DNA of 34,596 nucleotides from Chiloscyllium plagiosum (GCF_004010195.1 NC_057752.1:6752811-6787406), one strand, 5' to 3'; positions 9,762 to 21,400 are shown, counted from the first letter of the stretch. Program-made: numbers and translations. Notes: generated by a model not told the origin, from the letters alone.

Positions 9762-12113
9762 AGATTCATAGAGATGTACAGCATGGCAACAGACCCTTCA
9801 GTCTAACTTGTTCATGCCAACTAGATATCCTAAATTAATCTATTCACATTTTCCAGCATTTAGTCCATATTCCTCTAAACCCTTACTGCTCCTCGGATGC
9901 TGCCTGAACTGCTGTGCTCTTCCAGCACCACTAATCCAAAATCTGGTTTCCAGCATCTGCAGTCATTGTTTTTTACCTTACTATTGATGTGCCCATCCAG
10001 ATGCCTTTTAATTGCTGTAACTGTACCAGCCTCTTCCAAATTCTCTGGCAGCTCGTTCCATACACCCACTATCCACTGCGTGAAAACATTGCCCCTTAGG
10101 TTCCTTTCATATCTTTACACTCTCACTTTAAACCTATGCCCTCTGGTTTTGGACTCCCCTAACCTGGGAAAACCATCTTGGTCTATTCACCCTGTCCATG
10201 CCCTTAATTATTTTATAAACCACTACAAGGTCACCCCTTGGCTTCCAATGCTCCAGGGAAAATAGCCCCAGTCTATTCAGCCTACCCTGTAGCTCAAACC
10301 CTCCAACCCTAGCAACATTCTTATAAAACTTTTCTGTACCCTTTTAAGTTTAACAATATTCTATAGCTAGGAGACCAGAATTGAACACAGCATTCCAAAA
10401 GTGGCTTAACCAATGTCTTGTACAGCCATAACATAACATCCCAACTCCTATACTAAATGCACTGACCAATAAAAGCCAGAGTACCAAATGCCGCCTTCAC
10501 TACCCTGTTTACTTGTGACTCCACCTTCCAGGAACTATGAAGCTGCACTCCAAGATCACTTTGTTCAGCAACACTTCCTAGGACCTGACCATTAACTGTA
10601 TAAGTCCTGCCCTGATTTGCCTTACCAAAATGCAACACCTCACATTTATCTAAATTAAACATCTGTCACTCCTCAGCCCACTGACCCAATTGATCAAGAT
10701 CTTGATGAACTTCGATAACCTTCTTCACTGTCCATTACACCACCAATTTTGGTGTCATTTGCAAATTTACTAACCATTCTGTCTATATTCACATGCAAAT
10801 CATTTATATAAATGACAAAAAGCAGTGGAGTCAGCATGAATCCTTGTGGCACACCTCTGGTCACAGGCCTCCAGTCCAAATAATAACCCTCCACCACCCT
10901 CTGTCTCTTACCTTCAAGCTAATTTTGTATCCAATTGGCTAGTTCTCCCTGTACTCCATGTGATCTAAGCTCGCTAACTTGCCTACCATGTGGAACCTTG
11001 TTGAACACATTGCTGAAGTCTGTTTAGACAATGTCCACTGTACTGCCGTCATCAATCTTCTTTGTCACTTCTTCAAACTAACTCAATCAAGTCAGTGAGG
11101 CACAATTTCCCATGCACAAAGCTATGTTAACTATCCCTAATCAGAACTTGCTTTTCCAAATGCATTTAAATCCTGTCCCTCAGAATCCCATCCGACAACT
11201 TATCCACCACTGACATCAGGCTCGCGGGGTCTATAGTTCCCTTGCTTTTTCTTACCATCTTTCTTAAATAATTGTACCACATTAACCACCTTCCAGTCTT
11301 CTGGCACCACATCTGTGGCTATCGATGATACACATACCTCAGCAAGAGGCCCAGGAATCACTTCCCTAGCTTCCCACGAAGTTCTGGGATACATATGATC
11401 AAGTTCCGGGAAGTTTTCCAGCTTTTGTGTTTTAAGATCTCTAACACTACCACCTCTGTAATATGGACATTTTTCAAGATTTCGCTATTTATTACCCTAC
11501 ATTCTCTATCTTCCATATCCTTCTCCAAAACAAATACTGATGCCAAATAGTCATTTAGTATCTCGCCCATCTCCCACGATTCTACATATAGATGGCCTTG
11601 TTGATCTTTAAAGGGCTGCATTCTCTCCCTAGTTACTCTTTTGCCCTTAATGTTTTTAGAATCTCTTTGGATTCTCCTTAACCCTATTTGCCAAAACTAT
11701 CTCCTATCCCCTTTTTGCCCTCCTGATATTCCTCTTAAGATTACTGCTATTGCCCTTGTACTCAATCCCAGCTGTCTATACCTGATACATGTCTCCTTTT
11801 TCTTGACGAGAACCTCAATTTCTCTCGTCATCCAGCATTCCCTATACCTACCAGCCTTACCCTTCACACTAATAGGGACATACTGCCTCTGGACACACTA
11901 TCTCATTTTTGAAGGCCTCTTGCTTTCCAACTGTCCCTTTATCTGTGAATAGCCTCTCCCAATCAATTTTTCAAAGTTCTTGCCTGATACTGTCAAAATT
12001 GGCCTTACTCCATAACTATTTTAAAACTAATAGAATTATAATCACTGGTCCCAAAGTGCTGCCCCGCTGAGATGTCAGTCATTTGCCCTGCCTTATTTCC
12101 CAAGCAAAGGTCA
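9762..12113 (-). mobile_element. 5'-truncated CR1 (HER1-like) LINE inserted in the LTR
   Basis: Minus-strand ORF pieces GTSDYNSISF (endonuclease end), MGEILNDYLASVF, VPEDWKVVNVV, GVPQG..LFVIYINDL, FNLDKCEVLHFGK, VWNELPE; 3' tail at ~9762. Confidence 0.95.
9888..9975 (+). mobile_element. 5'-truncated Penelope-derived short element inside the CR1 3' end
   Basis: 'gctcctcggatgctgcctgaactgctgtgctcttccagcacc...cagcatctgcagtc' matches the arm of 20082-20295; flanked by CCTTACT at 9881-9887 and 9976-9982. Confidence 0.8.
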
Positions 12114-12120
12114 GTAAAAT

Positions 12121-12170
12121 AGAGTGTGTATGTGTGTGTCAGAGAGAGAGAGAGAGAGAGAGAGAGACAC
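12121..12170. repeat. (GT)n(GA)n microsatellite within the LTR
   Basis: gtgtgtatgtgtgtgtc followed by ~13 AG units; counterpart at ~17502-17520. Confidence 0.9.
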
Positions 12171-12367
12171 ACCTAAATGGAAACAGTGGTTCTATAGAAG
12201 GCTGACTCCATCCATTTTGTGCTGCTTCTATTGTTCCAACTTTTTCAAAAAAAAACCCAAGGCTTCATAAGCTGTTTATTGGCTTGGAACATACCTCTGT
12301 CTCAACCTCCCTTCATTTAAAAAAAAACAGGACAAAGTACAACTCTTAAAGTCATAGTATTGTCACA

Positions 12368-12386
12368 CCTTCCCTCCCTCCCCCCT
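12368..12386 (-). promoter_or_regulatory. Polypurine tract of the LTR element
   Basis: + strand ccttccctccctcccccct is a pure purine run on the minus strand, directly adjacent to the 3' LTR. Confidence 0.85.
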
Positions 12387-12599
12387 GCCCTTAAAAACAA
12401 ATTAACCATCAATGTACAAAGATGGCTTCATTTTTAAAACCTTTAGTCTTACACCATTAGTACACTACAATACGTATACATTACATTAACTCTAAGCATG
12501 CAAACATTCATTACGACAGTCCATTTCAATCTGTTTCATCCACCACCAAAAACCTCCATCTTCCTTCATTAAAGTTGTGACAATACTTCAGCAATTATG

Positions 12600-14050
12600 T
12601 TCTCTCAGCCTGCCGCATATATAATTTTCAAATCAAATGGCTGTAACAATAAACTCCATCTAAACAGTCTGGTATTTTAATGTTTTTAGAAAAATTTAAA
12701 GATAAAGGAGTTATGATCAGTATATACAATTGCCTCAGTCACATTACTGGCAACATAAATGTTGAAATGATGTAATGCCAACACCAAGCTCAAGGTGATC
12801 TTCACAGCTGTGGAATATTTCTGTTAATGAATATTCAACTTTCTGGAAAAATACCCAATAGGTTTTTCTATCTTGTCATCTTTTTGGAAGAGTACAGCAC
12901 TGACACTGACATCACGCACATTGATAGCTACCTTGGATGGCTTTGCGTAATTAGGTGTGACTAATGCTGGAGCAATGGTTAGCACAGCTTTCAGGCTGTC
13001 AAATGCCTTCTGACATTCCTCCATCCACTGAAATTTTCTGCACTTCAACATGTTAGTCAGTGGAGCAACCACCTTGCTAAAATTCGGTATGAATTTTCGA
13101 TAAAAACCACTGAGTCCTGGAAATCGTAGTACTTCCCTCTTTGATGGTATGGCAAATTCCCTTTGTTTTCGCATCCTGTGGGGGCATCTGTCCATGTACA
13201 TTGATATGGCCTCGGAACATGACTTGGGCTTTTGTGAACTCTCTTTAGCCAGGTTTATCACCAAGCCTGCCTTCTGAAGTCAATTGAACAATTCCAATAG
13301 ATGCTCCAAATATTCTTTCCATGTGTGACTAAAAATCACCAGATTGTCAATGTACACCACACAGTTGAGTAATGACTTTTATTGGTTTGTTTTTGAAATG
13401 TAGCTTGGTGCACTTTTCGTACCAAATGGCATAACTTTAAACCAGTCAAGTACATTCAGTGTCATGAAAGCCAAATTTTCTTTTGCTCTCTCGGATAAAG
13501 GTACCTGCTAGTATCCTTTCAGTAAGTCCAGCTTCGAAATAGAAGTTGCTTGTCTCAGCTTCTCAATATAGTATCCCTGCTGTGGAATAAAATATGAATC
13601 AGATTTGGAAACTGCATTACCGTTGTGGTAATCAACACAAATGTTGGGTACCATTTGGTTTTGGTATCATCACTGTGGGTGAGCTCCATTTGCTGCAACT
13701 CATTTTTATTATATCGTGTTTGAGCTGCATTCAGTCTATTTTTGAACCTGTGCCAACTTTAGAGGGTTAAGTCTATAAGGATGTTGCTTATTTGGAACAG
13801 CATTTTCTATTTCTACATCATGTGTAAACAAAGAGTCATAGAGATGTACAGCACGGAAACACTCTCTTCGGTCCAACTCATCCATGCCGACCAGATATCC
13901 CAACCTAATCTGTCCCACTTGACATCACCCGACCCATATCCCTCCAAACCCTTCCTATTCATGTTAGTACTTCCCAGCTTATTCCCACATATCTCTCCAT
14001 GTGATTGTAATAACTCTTTCAGGTCATTTTGATTTTCCTCTGGAAGGTAG
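12600..14050 (-). pseudogene. Reverse transcriptase / RNase H remnant
   Basis: KQHPYRLNP, CVDYH, LDLLKGY, MPFG, VYIDNLVIFS, and ORF 12824-13264 (GFYRKFIPNFSKVVAPLT...KPIGYFSRKL). Confidence 0.88.
13832..13962 (-). mobile_element. Short CR1 3'-end insertion in the gypsy RT region
   Basis: 'agagtcatagagatgtacagcacggaaac...ccatatccctccaaacccttcctattcat' is the same tail as at 34087 onward. Confidence 0.9.
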
Positions 14051-14199
14051 CTCAATAACTTATCCCAATTTTTGAGAACTTCCTAATTTTCCAATTTAGT
14101 TTGAAGAAGATCAACTGCAAATTTATCTGGATTCACTCTGAGTTGCAACAAGTACCACATTCTTCTTTTGCTTTCCTTCCCTGTCAAAATAACATTTGA

Positions 14200-15300
14200 G
14201 CATATTCGCATGACACACTGAGAATTTTCTTTCTCTCTGGTATTCTTATCAAATAATTCACCTCACTCAATTTCCTTCTGATTTGATGAGGCCCACTAAA
14301 CCTGACTTTTAAAGTGTCACCTACCATAGGAAGTAACACGACACGTCGTTTCTTTCAGTAAAATTGCGGTTTTTTGATTTTGTCTCTGCTTCCTGTTTCA
14401 TCACATGCTGTGCTTCTTTCAAATGCTGTCCAACTGACTCACTTGCTCTATTTAATCTTTCCCTAAAATTTGACAATCAAAATATGTGTCTGTGAACTCT
14501 GACTTACTAATTTCCCCTTAATTAATTTCAGTGGTCCTCTCACCTTCTGTCCGAAAACTAATTCAAATGGACTGAATTTAGTTGATTCACTAGACACATC
14601 CCTAATTGCAAAAAGTGCACATGGAATTCCTTTATCCAAATCCTCTGGATTGTCATGATTACAAGCCCTCAACATGCTCCTTGAAGTTTGATGCCACCAT
14701 ACTGATGTTCCTTACGATTCTGAATCATATACAGTTGATTTAAATTGTTTTATTCTGAAGCTATCCATAACTTAGTTGAATAATTTCAATGTAAAATTTG
14801 ATCGTTGTTCTGATTGTGTCCCTGTAGGTAGTTCCTATCTGGTTTAAAAACAAAATTAAGTAACTCTTCTATAATCCTTTTAGCCATGTTACTGCATAAT
14901 AAAATGACCTCTGGACATCTCGTAGACACATCTGTTATGGTCAACAGATATTGATTCTCACTTCTTTTTTAGGTAGGGGTCCTACGCAATCGATCAAGAC
15001 TCTTGTAAAAGGCTCCTCACATGGTGCAATGGGTATTAAAGGTGCTGGTTTTATCACTGCCTGATGTTTTCCAATTACCTGACACGTGTGACATGTCCAG
15101 CAAAATTCAACCTAATCCTTATGCAGTCCTGGCCAATAAATATATTTTTGTATTTTAGCTTGGGTTTTTCTGACTCCCAAATGACTGGTAACGTGTGCTA
15201 CCTGCAACACCTTCTTTATATAATCAACCAGTCATACAACTTGATGAACTTCTGCCAATTTTTCATCTGCCTGAATATGTGATAGTATCCACTTCCTCAT
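14200..15300 (-). pseudogene. Integrase remnant located upstream of RT
   Basis: TCHTCQVIGK, EEPFTRVLIDCVGPLP, LFAIRD..SESTKFSPFELVFG..VRGPL and a GPY/F-like FSGPHQI. Confidence 0.85.
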
Positions 15301-16099
15301 CAAAATATCATTTTTAAGATCGTAACATTCTGGGATGCAGTTAGATTTCTCTTCTGTGTGTACTTTTTGATCCAACTGCTTTTTTTTTCTTTTTGTTGTA
15401 ACTCAACTAACCTCTCTGAAATAAAAAAATATCCACTTTGTCTTCCAGCTGTTCTTGTTTTTATCTCAACCATTTGATATAACATATTCTTATCTTTGTT
15501 CTTTGATTTCTCCTCTTGTTTCAACCTGTGGCTTTGTGACCTTGTTACCACACAGTCAAGAAAAATCCGAAGATATTCTTCCTATTACACCTCAGTTGCC
15601 TGATTTTCTATTGGTTTTTCAACCATAGTCAGCATCACTCCCATCTGTGATCAGCTGTATCATTCCCAAGGATAAATTCCATCTCCAGAACAGAGAATCT
15701 CTCTATTACTCCTACCATCACTTTTCACTGGAATCTGCAACCTCACCTTATATAATAGAACACTGTTCTTCTCACCATGAAATTCACAGTTTACCACCTT
15801 TTCCTAGCAAGATTCCTTCCAAAGTACATATCTCCTCATCTCTCACCATCAAAGATTGACTTGCTCCTGTATCTATTAAAATTTTAATTTTATTTTTACC
15901 CACTCTCCAGGTGCACCTGAATAAACCTTACCCACACAGGTAAATTCTTTAAAGAGATCTGGTAACTTCCTTATTAACCAACCCCTGACCAGGTTATAAA
16001 TTTTTTTGCAGCTCTTTAGCTTCCACTGGAATCTCCTTCACCACGTTAATAAACCCATTGGCTTATCTTGTTTTACCACATCTGTGTTCCTAGTACTTT

Positions 16100-17228
16100 T
16101 CGTAAACATCTTGACTTTGAGACCTATTTTATTGTCGTGAAAACACCTGAGGGTTTTTAGTTCTTCCCCCACCCCCCATGGGGCTCCTTTTTGACATGTG
16201 GTAAACTGTCTTCAGCGAGATCTCCTTTTCCTTTACCACCTGAGGATTTCTCTTCTCCCCAGTTTCTATCCTGCACAGATTGAAATTTGTCAGAAGCCAA
16301 ACTATGATTAATGAACTAACTCCTAATCATCGGTCATTTCAGTTGTTAATCTTGTAATTATAACACGCTGCTTTCCCACACGAGTTTACACGACTTCAGG
16401 AAGTCAAGTTTGAACTCCTTCAAAATAAGTTGCTCTAAGAGCATCATATGTCTGATCTATTTTTAATGTCCTTATCCAGCTATCAAAGTTACTTTGTTTG
16501 GTCCTTACAAATTCTGTATGTTTGACTAGGTTTCCTCCTTTAGGTTCCTAAAACATTTGTCAGTAGGCTTCTGGTACTAATTCATATGCTCTTAAGATGG
16601 CTTTTTTCACCTCATCGTATTCCCCAGGTACCACCTCTGATAGTGATGCAAATACCTCACTAGTTCTACCTACCAATTTTGTTTGAATCAACAACACCCA
16701 CATGGTCACCACCCTTTCATTTGTTTTGTCACTTTCCAGATGAAATGAAATAGGCTTCTTTGTCATTCTCATCCAACCCTGGTAATGCTTAAACATATTT
16801 AAACAGATCTCCACAAGACTTTTGGCTACAATGGGTTTGCTCTTCATGTCCCCATCACTACTCCTATGTTCTATCCTAGCCATTTTAAATTGACTTTCCT
16901 CTTTTTCCTTTTCACCTTACAAAGTTTAAAAAGAAAACTCTTTTCCCTTCCTTTCTGCTGGGGCTTTCCTTTCTTTAACCGCCTACTTTTAATCGTAATT
17001 CAAACTGTTGCATTTCCTTCTCTCTCTCTCTTTTTCCCTTGCCATGGCCTCTAATTCAAGCTACCTCATTTGCAGTTGGATTTTAGCAATTTCCAATTAT
17101 CCTGATTGCAATCTTGGCAATTGTAAATGCAGAGTTATTGCTGTAGTCATCACCCCTTGCTCACATTCTGTAAAACATCCAAAGTGACTTCTTCCATCCC
17201 CAGGAACCTCAGCGACTGAAAGTGTCAT
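16100..17228 (-). pseudogene. gag remnant (SCAN-related capsid region, decayed zinc knuckle)
   Basis: Candidate ATG at 17228; WVLLIQTKLVGRTSEVFASLS...YDEVKKAILRAYELVPEAY; LRCFHDNKIG is a decayed CCHC; frameshifted. Confidence 0.75.
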
Positions 17229-17353
17229 TATTATACAAGGCACACCCCAGTTAAACCAACTGAATGCAACACCTGACGAAAAATGCCAGCACTCACGATT
17301 CACTGTCTTTTGAGTTCAATAATCCTGAACCCAACCTGGTATTAGATTTCTTG

Positions 17354-17371
17354 ATCCCGGATGAGCCCCCC
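17354..17371 (-). promoter_or_regulatory. Primer-binding site, tRNA-Pro
   Basis: Minus strand TGGGGGCTCATCCGGGAT is one mismatch from the canonical TGGGGGCTCGTCCGGGAT; it lies 3 nt from the LTR end. Confidence 0.92.
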
Positions 17372-17374
17372 AAT

Positions 17375-17768
17375 TTGTTCTGAACTAGACCAAACCTCCC
17401 TATCAAGGAGATAGCATAGACCCTCACCTTTATCTTAGTTAAAGGCAAGTGTGATGTGCTGTGTTCCAGATGTAATTTAATTGGTCGCACTACCTGAATT
17501 TGAGAGAGAGAGAGAGAGCGAGCTTCTATAGCCACCTTCAAAACCTTAATAACTACTGAAAGCTAAACTAAAGCCATGGTTCTGTGGGAGCCTGACTGTA
17601 CCCATTCAGGCTGCTTCTATTATTCCAACGTTAAAAGAAAACCCCAAGGTCTCTCAAACTGTTTACTTTATTGGCTTGGAACAGACTGCTTGCCATTCCT
17701 GTCTCAACCTCTCTTCATTTATTTAAAGAAAGACAAAATACATCTCTTAAAGCCATAGTATCATCACA
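17375..17768 (-). repeat. 5' LTR of the Gmr1-like element
   Basis: Starts TGTT and ends ATCACA on the + strand; homologous to 9404-9520 and 12140-12367; contains (GA)n; abuts the PBS. Confidence 0.85.
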
Positions 17769-20081
17769 TTATTTCCAGTTGCAACATAATATGCAAATCG
17801 AACAATTGATTTTTTTTCTGTTGGGTAAACCGATTTCTTTCCATGGCTAACTTACGATAGAGCTGTTTTACCTATGAGGAAGCAATACTGTGCCAGAAAA
17901 GAGAGATTAGTAATCAAGGGGAAAACATTGTGTCCTGCAGATGTTGCAAAAGTGGATTTTTGACAAGATTTTTTTTCTTTATATAAATTACATCCTACTT
18001 TCTGCAATTTGTGTGCTATGCCATTTGTCTGACTATCACCCATTGCCTGAACATAATACCACTTTCACAGCACAAAGATGCTCCAAAGGTCAAGTCTGAA
18101 GTTGCTGAAAATTCATGAAGACTCTGATCAATTTATTTTGGATTGCTTTCCAGCTGTGACTGCAAGGTTGTAAGTTACGTTCGAAGCAACAATAGAATTC
18201 TTCGTATTAATTCAGTAGTAACTATGAGTAATGTCCTCTCGAAGCCTATTGTCAGCATCTCTTCACCCTTTTAGTCTGGTGATTTGTGGCTTATGGGAGT
18301 TATTGGTTTAAGATTATAAATTTGAAATTGTTAAAGTACTCTTGAAGTGTTCATGTCAAGACATAACAGGTTGTTTCCTTCCTTCCACCCTTACTTTCCT
18401 GAAGATAGTGAATCATCCTGTGAATATTCATGTAACATGGCATCCCTTGGGTACCTTGTTCAGTTGGTTATTTTTCTTCTGAAATGGGAGTGAGTTTTAT
18501 CCAATTATCTGACGTCACAGCTGACATGTACTTTTACAGTGAGGGTTACTAGATAGTAATTAGTGATTTTTAAAAACCGAGGCTGTTTTCTTTCCACGAG
18601 AGACAGAGCCCAATTATGCTCCCACTGCCACAATAACAAATTTTAACAAACTCTAGAGAGACTAAATCTCCTAGGAATTTGGCATGAGGAAATTAGAGCT
18701 TCTTCAAACAACATTAACATTTATAGCATTGTAGTACTCACATGAGAACACAGATTTTAATGTATGTGAATTGCAAGAAAACACCAGTCCAAACTTGATG
18801 GACCAAACAGCCTGTTTTAGTACTGAGGTATTCGCTGAAACAACTTTGCTGGCTTACTCTGCATTGTTGCATTATAGCAGTAATGTATTTTAGTTTTAAA
18901 CTTCTGTTCAAGTCTTTCATAATTTATTTTAGATGAAGCATTTATGGTACACTACTTATTTTTTGATAAAGAGCCATATGATCCTTCAGTATAAATGAAC
19001 TCTGCTGCCAAAATGGGAAAACTGCAGGATGTGCAAAATATTTTGCCATAGTTTGGTTGTATTTAGAAGTACTGTAACCTTAAGAAGAAACACTCTAGTC
19101 ATAACAAAGGCTGATAACAGTCCATGGATGGGGATGATTATTAAGAGAGGCATTTGACAGTACACATCAGAACATTCTGGGATATTATAGTTAATGCAGC
19201 TACAGTGCTTTGTACAACAACTTACCATTTTGTTTCAAAGTGATTTAAAGCCCACTCTGCCCCATTACACAATCAGTGTGCTTTTAGTTGGACATTAAAG
19301 AGAGAATAATAGCTGCGTACTGATTCATTGATGCTCACAATATTGTACCACTTAAACAGGGATGTATGAAAAGTTGAAATCTTTGGGAGAAATATGTTAG
19401 AAGTTATGTGCCAATGTTCAATAGGATTGCAAACAATTCAACAAAAGCAAAATTCCATTATATAGATTTTCCATAAGAAAGATTGCTTCAGTGTACGGTA
19501 TTCAGGGTGTCTGAAAAGCAATAGGCATTCTTAAAATATTTTTTTAAATAGAGTTCTTTAACAGCAATTTTTAAGAGGAAGACATGTTTTCCTTTGCTCT
19601 CTACAGTAACCAAAGTCATGCAAGTATAATAGCCAAAGCCATCTGCAAAATGTTTCAAATGGCTCCTATTCATTTGCATTTGCTTCGGTTTCTGAAAGTT
19701 TTGTGCTCTCAGCTTTGGATCTGGGACATACAAAGGACTGGTTGTGATTGTTAGAATAGCCTTACTTCATGCATATGTCATCTTCTGTTCACATATCCTA
19801 AATTTTCCATTTTATTCAGCAGCCTGGCAATATTTCAAAGTTGGTCAATCTTGGCGGGGGGGGACACAGACACACACACACAATTCTGTGCTACAGAAGA
19901 CTTTATCACTTCAGTATTTAGAGCCATTGTGTCCTTGTTCCAGAATTGCAATTCAGATCAATATCAAGCAACATTATTGATGAATACTGGTCATGTTGCA
20001 GATATTTTTTCTTTAATTTTCTTTCCCACCTTGAGTTTAAAAACAAGCTTTAACATCTAATGTCACCCTTGAATTCTTGTT

Positions 20082-20295
20082 CGAAGAGTGTGGTGCTGGG
20101 AAAGTACAGCCGGTCAGGCAACATCTGAGGATCAAGAGACTCAACATTTTGGGCATAAGCCCTTCATCAGGATGAAGGGCTTATGCTCGAAATGTCTGCT
20201 GTTCTGCTCCTCGGATGCTGCCTGACCAGCTGTGCTTTTCCAGCACCATACTCTTCGACTCTGATCTCCATCATCTGCAGTTCTCACTTTCTCCT
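20082..20295 (+). mobile_element. Fold-back Penelope-derived element with 15-bp TSD and hammerhead-like core
   Basis: TSD CCTTGAATTCTTGTT at 20067-20081 and 20296-20310; ~88-nt inverted arms meeting at cttcatc-ag-gatgaag (20162-20177); minus arm CTGATGA-AGGGC-TTAT-GCCC-AAAATGTT, plus arm GATGA-AGGGC-TTAT-GCTC-GAAATGTC. Confidence 0.88.
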
Positions 20296-20784
20296 CCTTG
20301 AATTCTTGTTGTTTGTTCTAATGAAGAGAGTGCCTTTGTCTCATTTCTCAAACAGCATGGCTTAGAGCTTTGCTAAAAAGGCTTCTATAATCCATATGTA
20401 TCCTTATTTGAAGCACATGCTAATCACCTTGATACTAAATCACTATTTAGCTCTTTATTCATCTCTGAAAGGTCTTTGTGAACAAAGCACGAAAAAAAAC
20501 ATCCAATTTCATCTCAATTCCAGACTTTTCATTCAGGATAGAAAACCTAGAGTTAAGCAATTCTTCCAAATGTTTTCCATTGTTGTGTCGCATTTCTCGA
20601 TAAACAGGATTCTAAACTTAAAAAAAGACTGGAAATACTCATTAGTTCAAGTAACATCTATGGAGGGAGAAATCATTAACTTTTAAGATTGACCTTTTAC
20701 AGTGACAAATGGTCATCGGCCTAAAATGTCAACTCTTTCTTCGTAGATACTGATTGGCCTTTTGATGACATGTGCATCATGTGC

Positions 20785-21400
20785 AGGAGGAGGCATCATA
20801 GGAGTTAGCCTCTTTAACACTGCTGTTCCATTCAGTAACTTCATGGCTGATCTGATTGCTCCACCTACCACTAATAACCTTTTGACCTCTTTGCTTATCA
20901 AGAACCTTTCTACATCTGCCTTAAAATGTTTAAAGACACCCCTTCCACTGCCTTTTGAGATTTGTGAACCTCTGAAAGAAAGCAAACATTCACCTTGCTT
21001 CCCTCTTAAATACCCCTTATTTGTAAACAATGACCCTAGTTCTAGATTCTAGACAAGCGGAAGCATCCTATCCAAATCCATCCTGTCCAGACCTCTCTGG
21101 ATCTTGCATGTTTCAATCAAGTCACTCCTTACTCTTTGAAACTCCTACAGGCGCAAGCCTAGCCTGTCCAAGCTTTCCTCATAAGGTAACGCCCAGGTCC
21201 CTCTGCATCTTGCACCTGTGCGATCTCTTGGATAATATACGACATCTTATATTCTTCTTCTAAAATGGACAATTTCAACATTGTACTTCATTTGCCAGAT
21301 ATTTGTCCACTAACAATGGATTAATTTGGAGCCTCCTTATGTCATCTTCACTACTCACTTTCCTAACTGTCTTTGTATCATCATCAAATTTAACAACCAT
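20785..21400 (-). mobile_element. Old CR1 LINE fragment
   Basis: Reverse 3' end 'cataggagttagcc...catggctgatctga', 'tgaccctagttctagattc' and 'ctttgtatcatcatcaaattt' (KFDDDTK). Confidence 0.75.

Larger units (their letters stand above)
9404..12367 (-). repeat. 3' LTR of the Gmr1-like element, split by a CR1 insertion (LTR parts ~9404-9613 and ~12114-12367)
   Basis: 'tagaccaaacc...aggagataacctagaccc...tgtgttccaggtgtaattggtc' and 'gctgcttctattgttccaac...ctcttaaagtcatagtattgtcaca' match the other LTR. Confidence 0.75.
9404..17768 (-). mobile_element. Decayed Gmr1-like Ty3/gypsy LTR retrotransposon (gag-PR-IN-RT-RH), with nested CR1 insertions
   Basis: Paired TG...CA LTRs, tRNA-Pro PBS and PPT. 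Minus-strand motifs in order: AILRAYELVPEAY (gag), ILIDTGASQS (protease), TCHTCQVIGK / LIDCVGPLP / FSPFELVFG (integrase), QHPYRLNP / LDLLKGY / MPFG / YIDN (RT), FYRKFIPNFS..APLT / PIGYFSRKL / YTDHN (RNase H). Confidence 0.88.

Noticed and set aside
17810..17850. T-tract followed by TTGGGTAAACCG (VGKP), resembling a Helios/Ikaros ZF4 exon start
   Set aside because: There is no AG acceptor, no Cys motif follows, and a stop occurs within a few codons.
20690..20760. Additional hammerhead-type fold-back copy
   Set aside because: Too decayed (gtgacaaatggtcatcggcctaaaatgtc) to define arms or a TSD.
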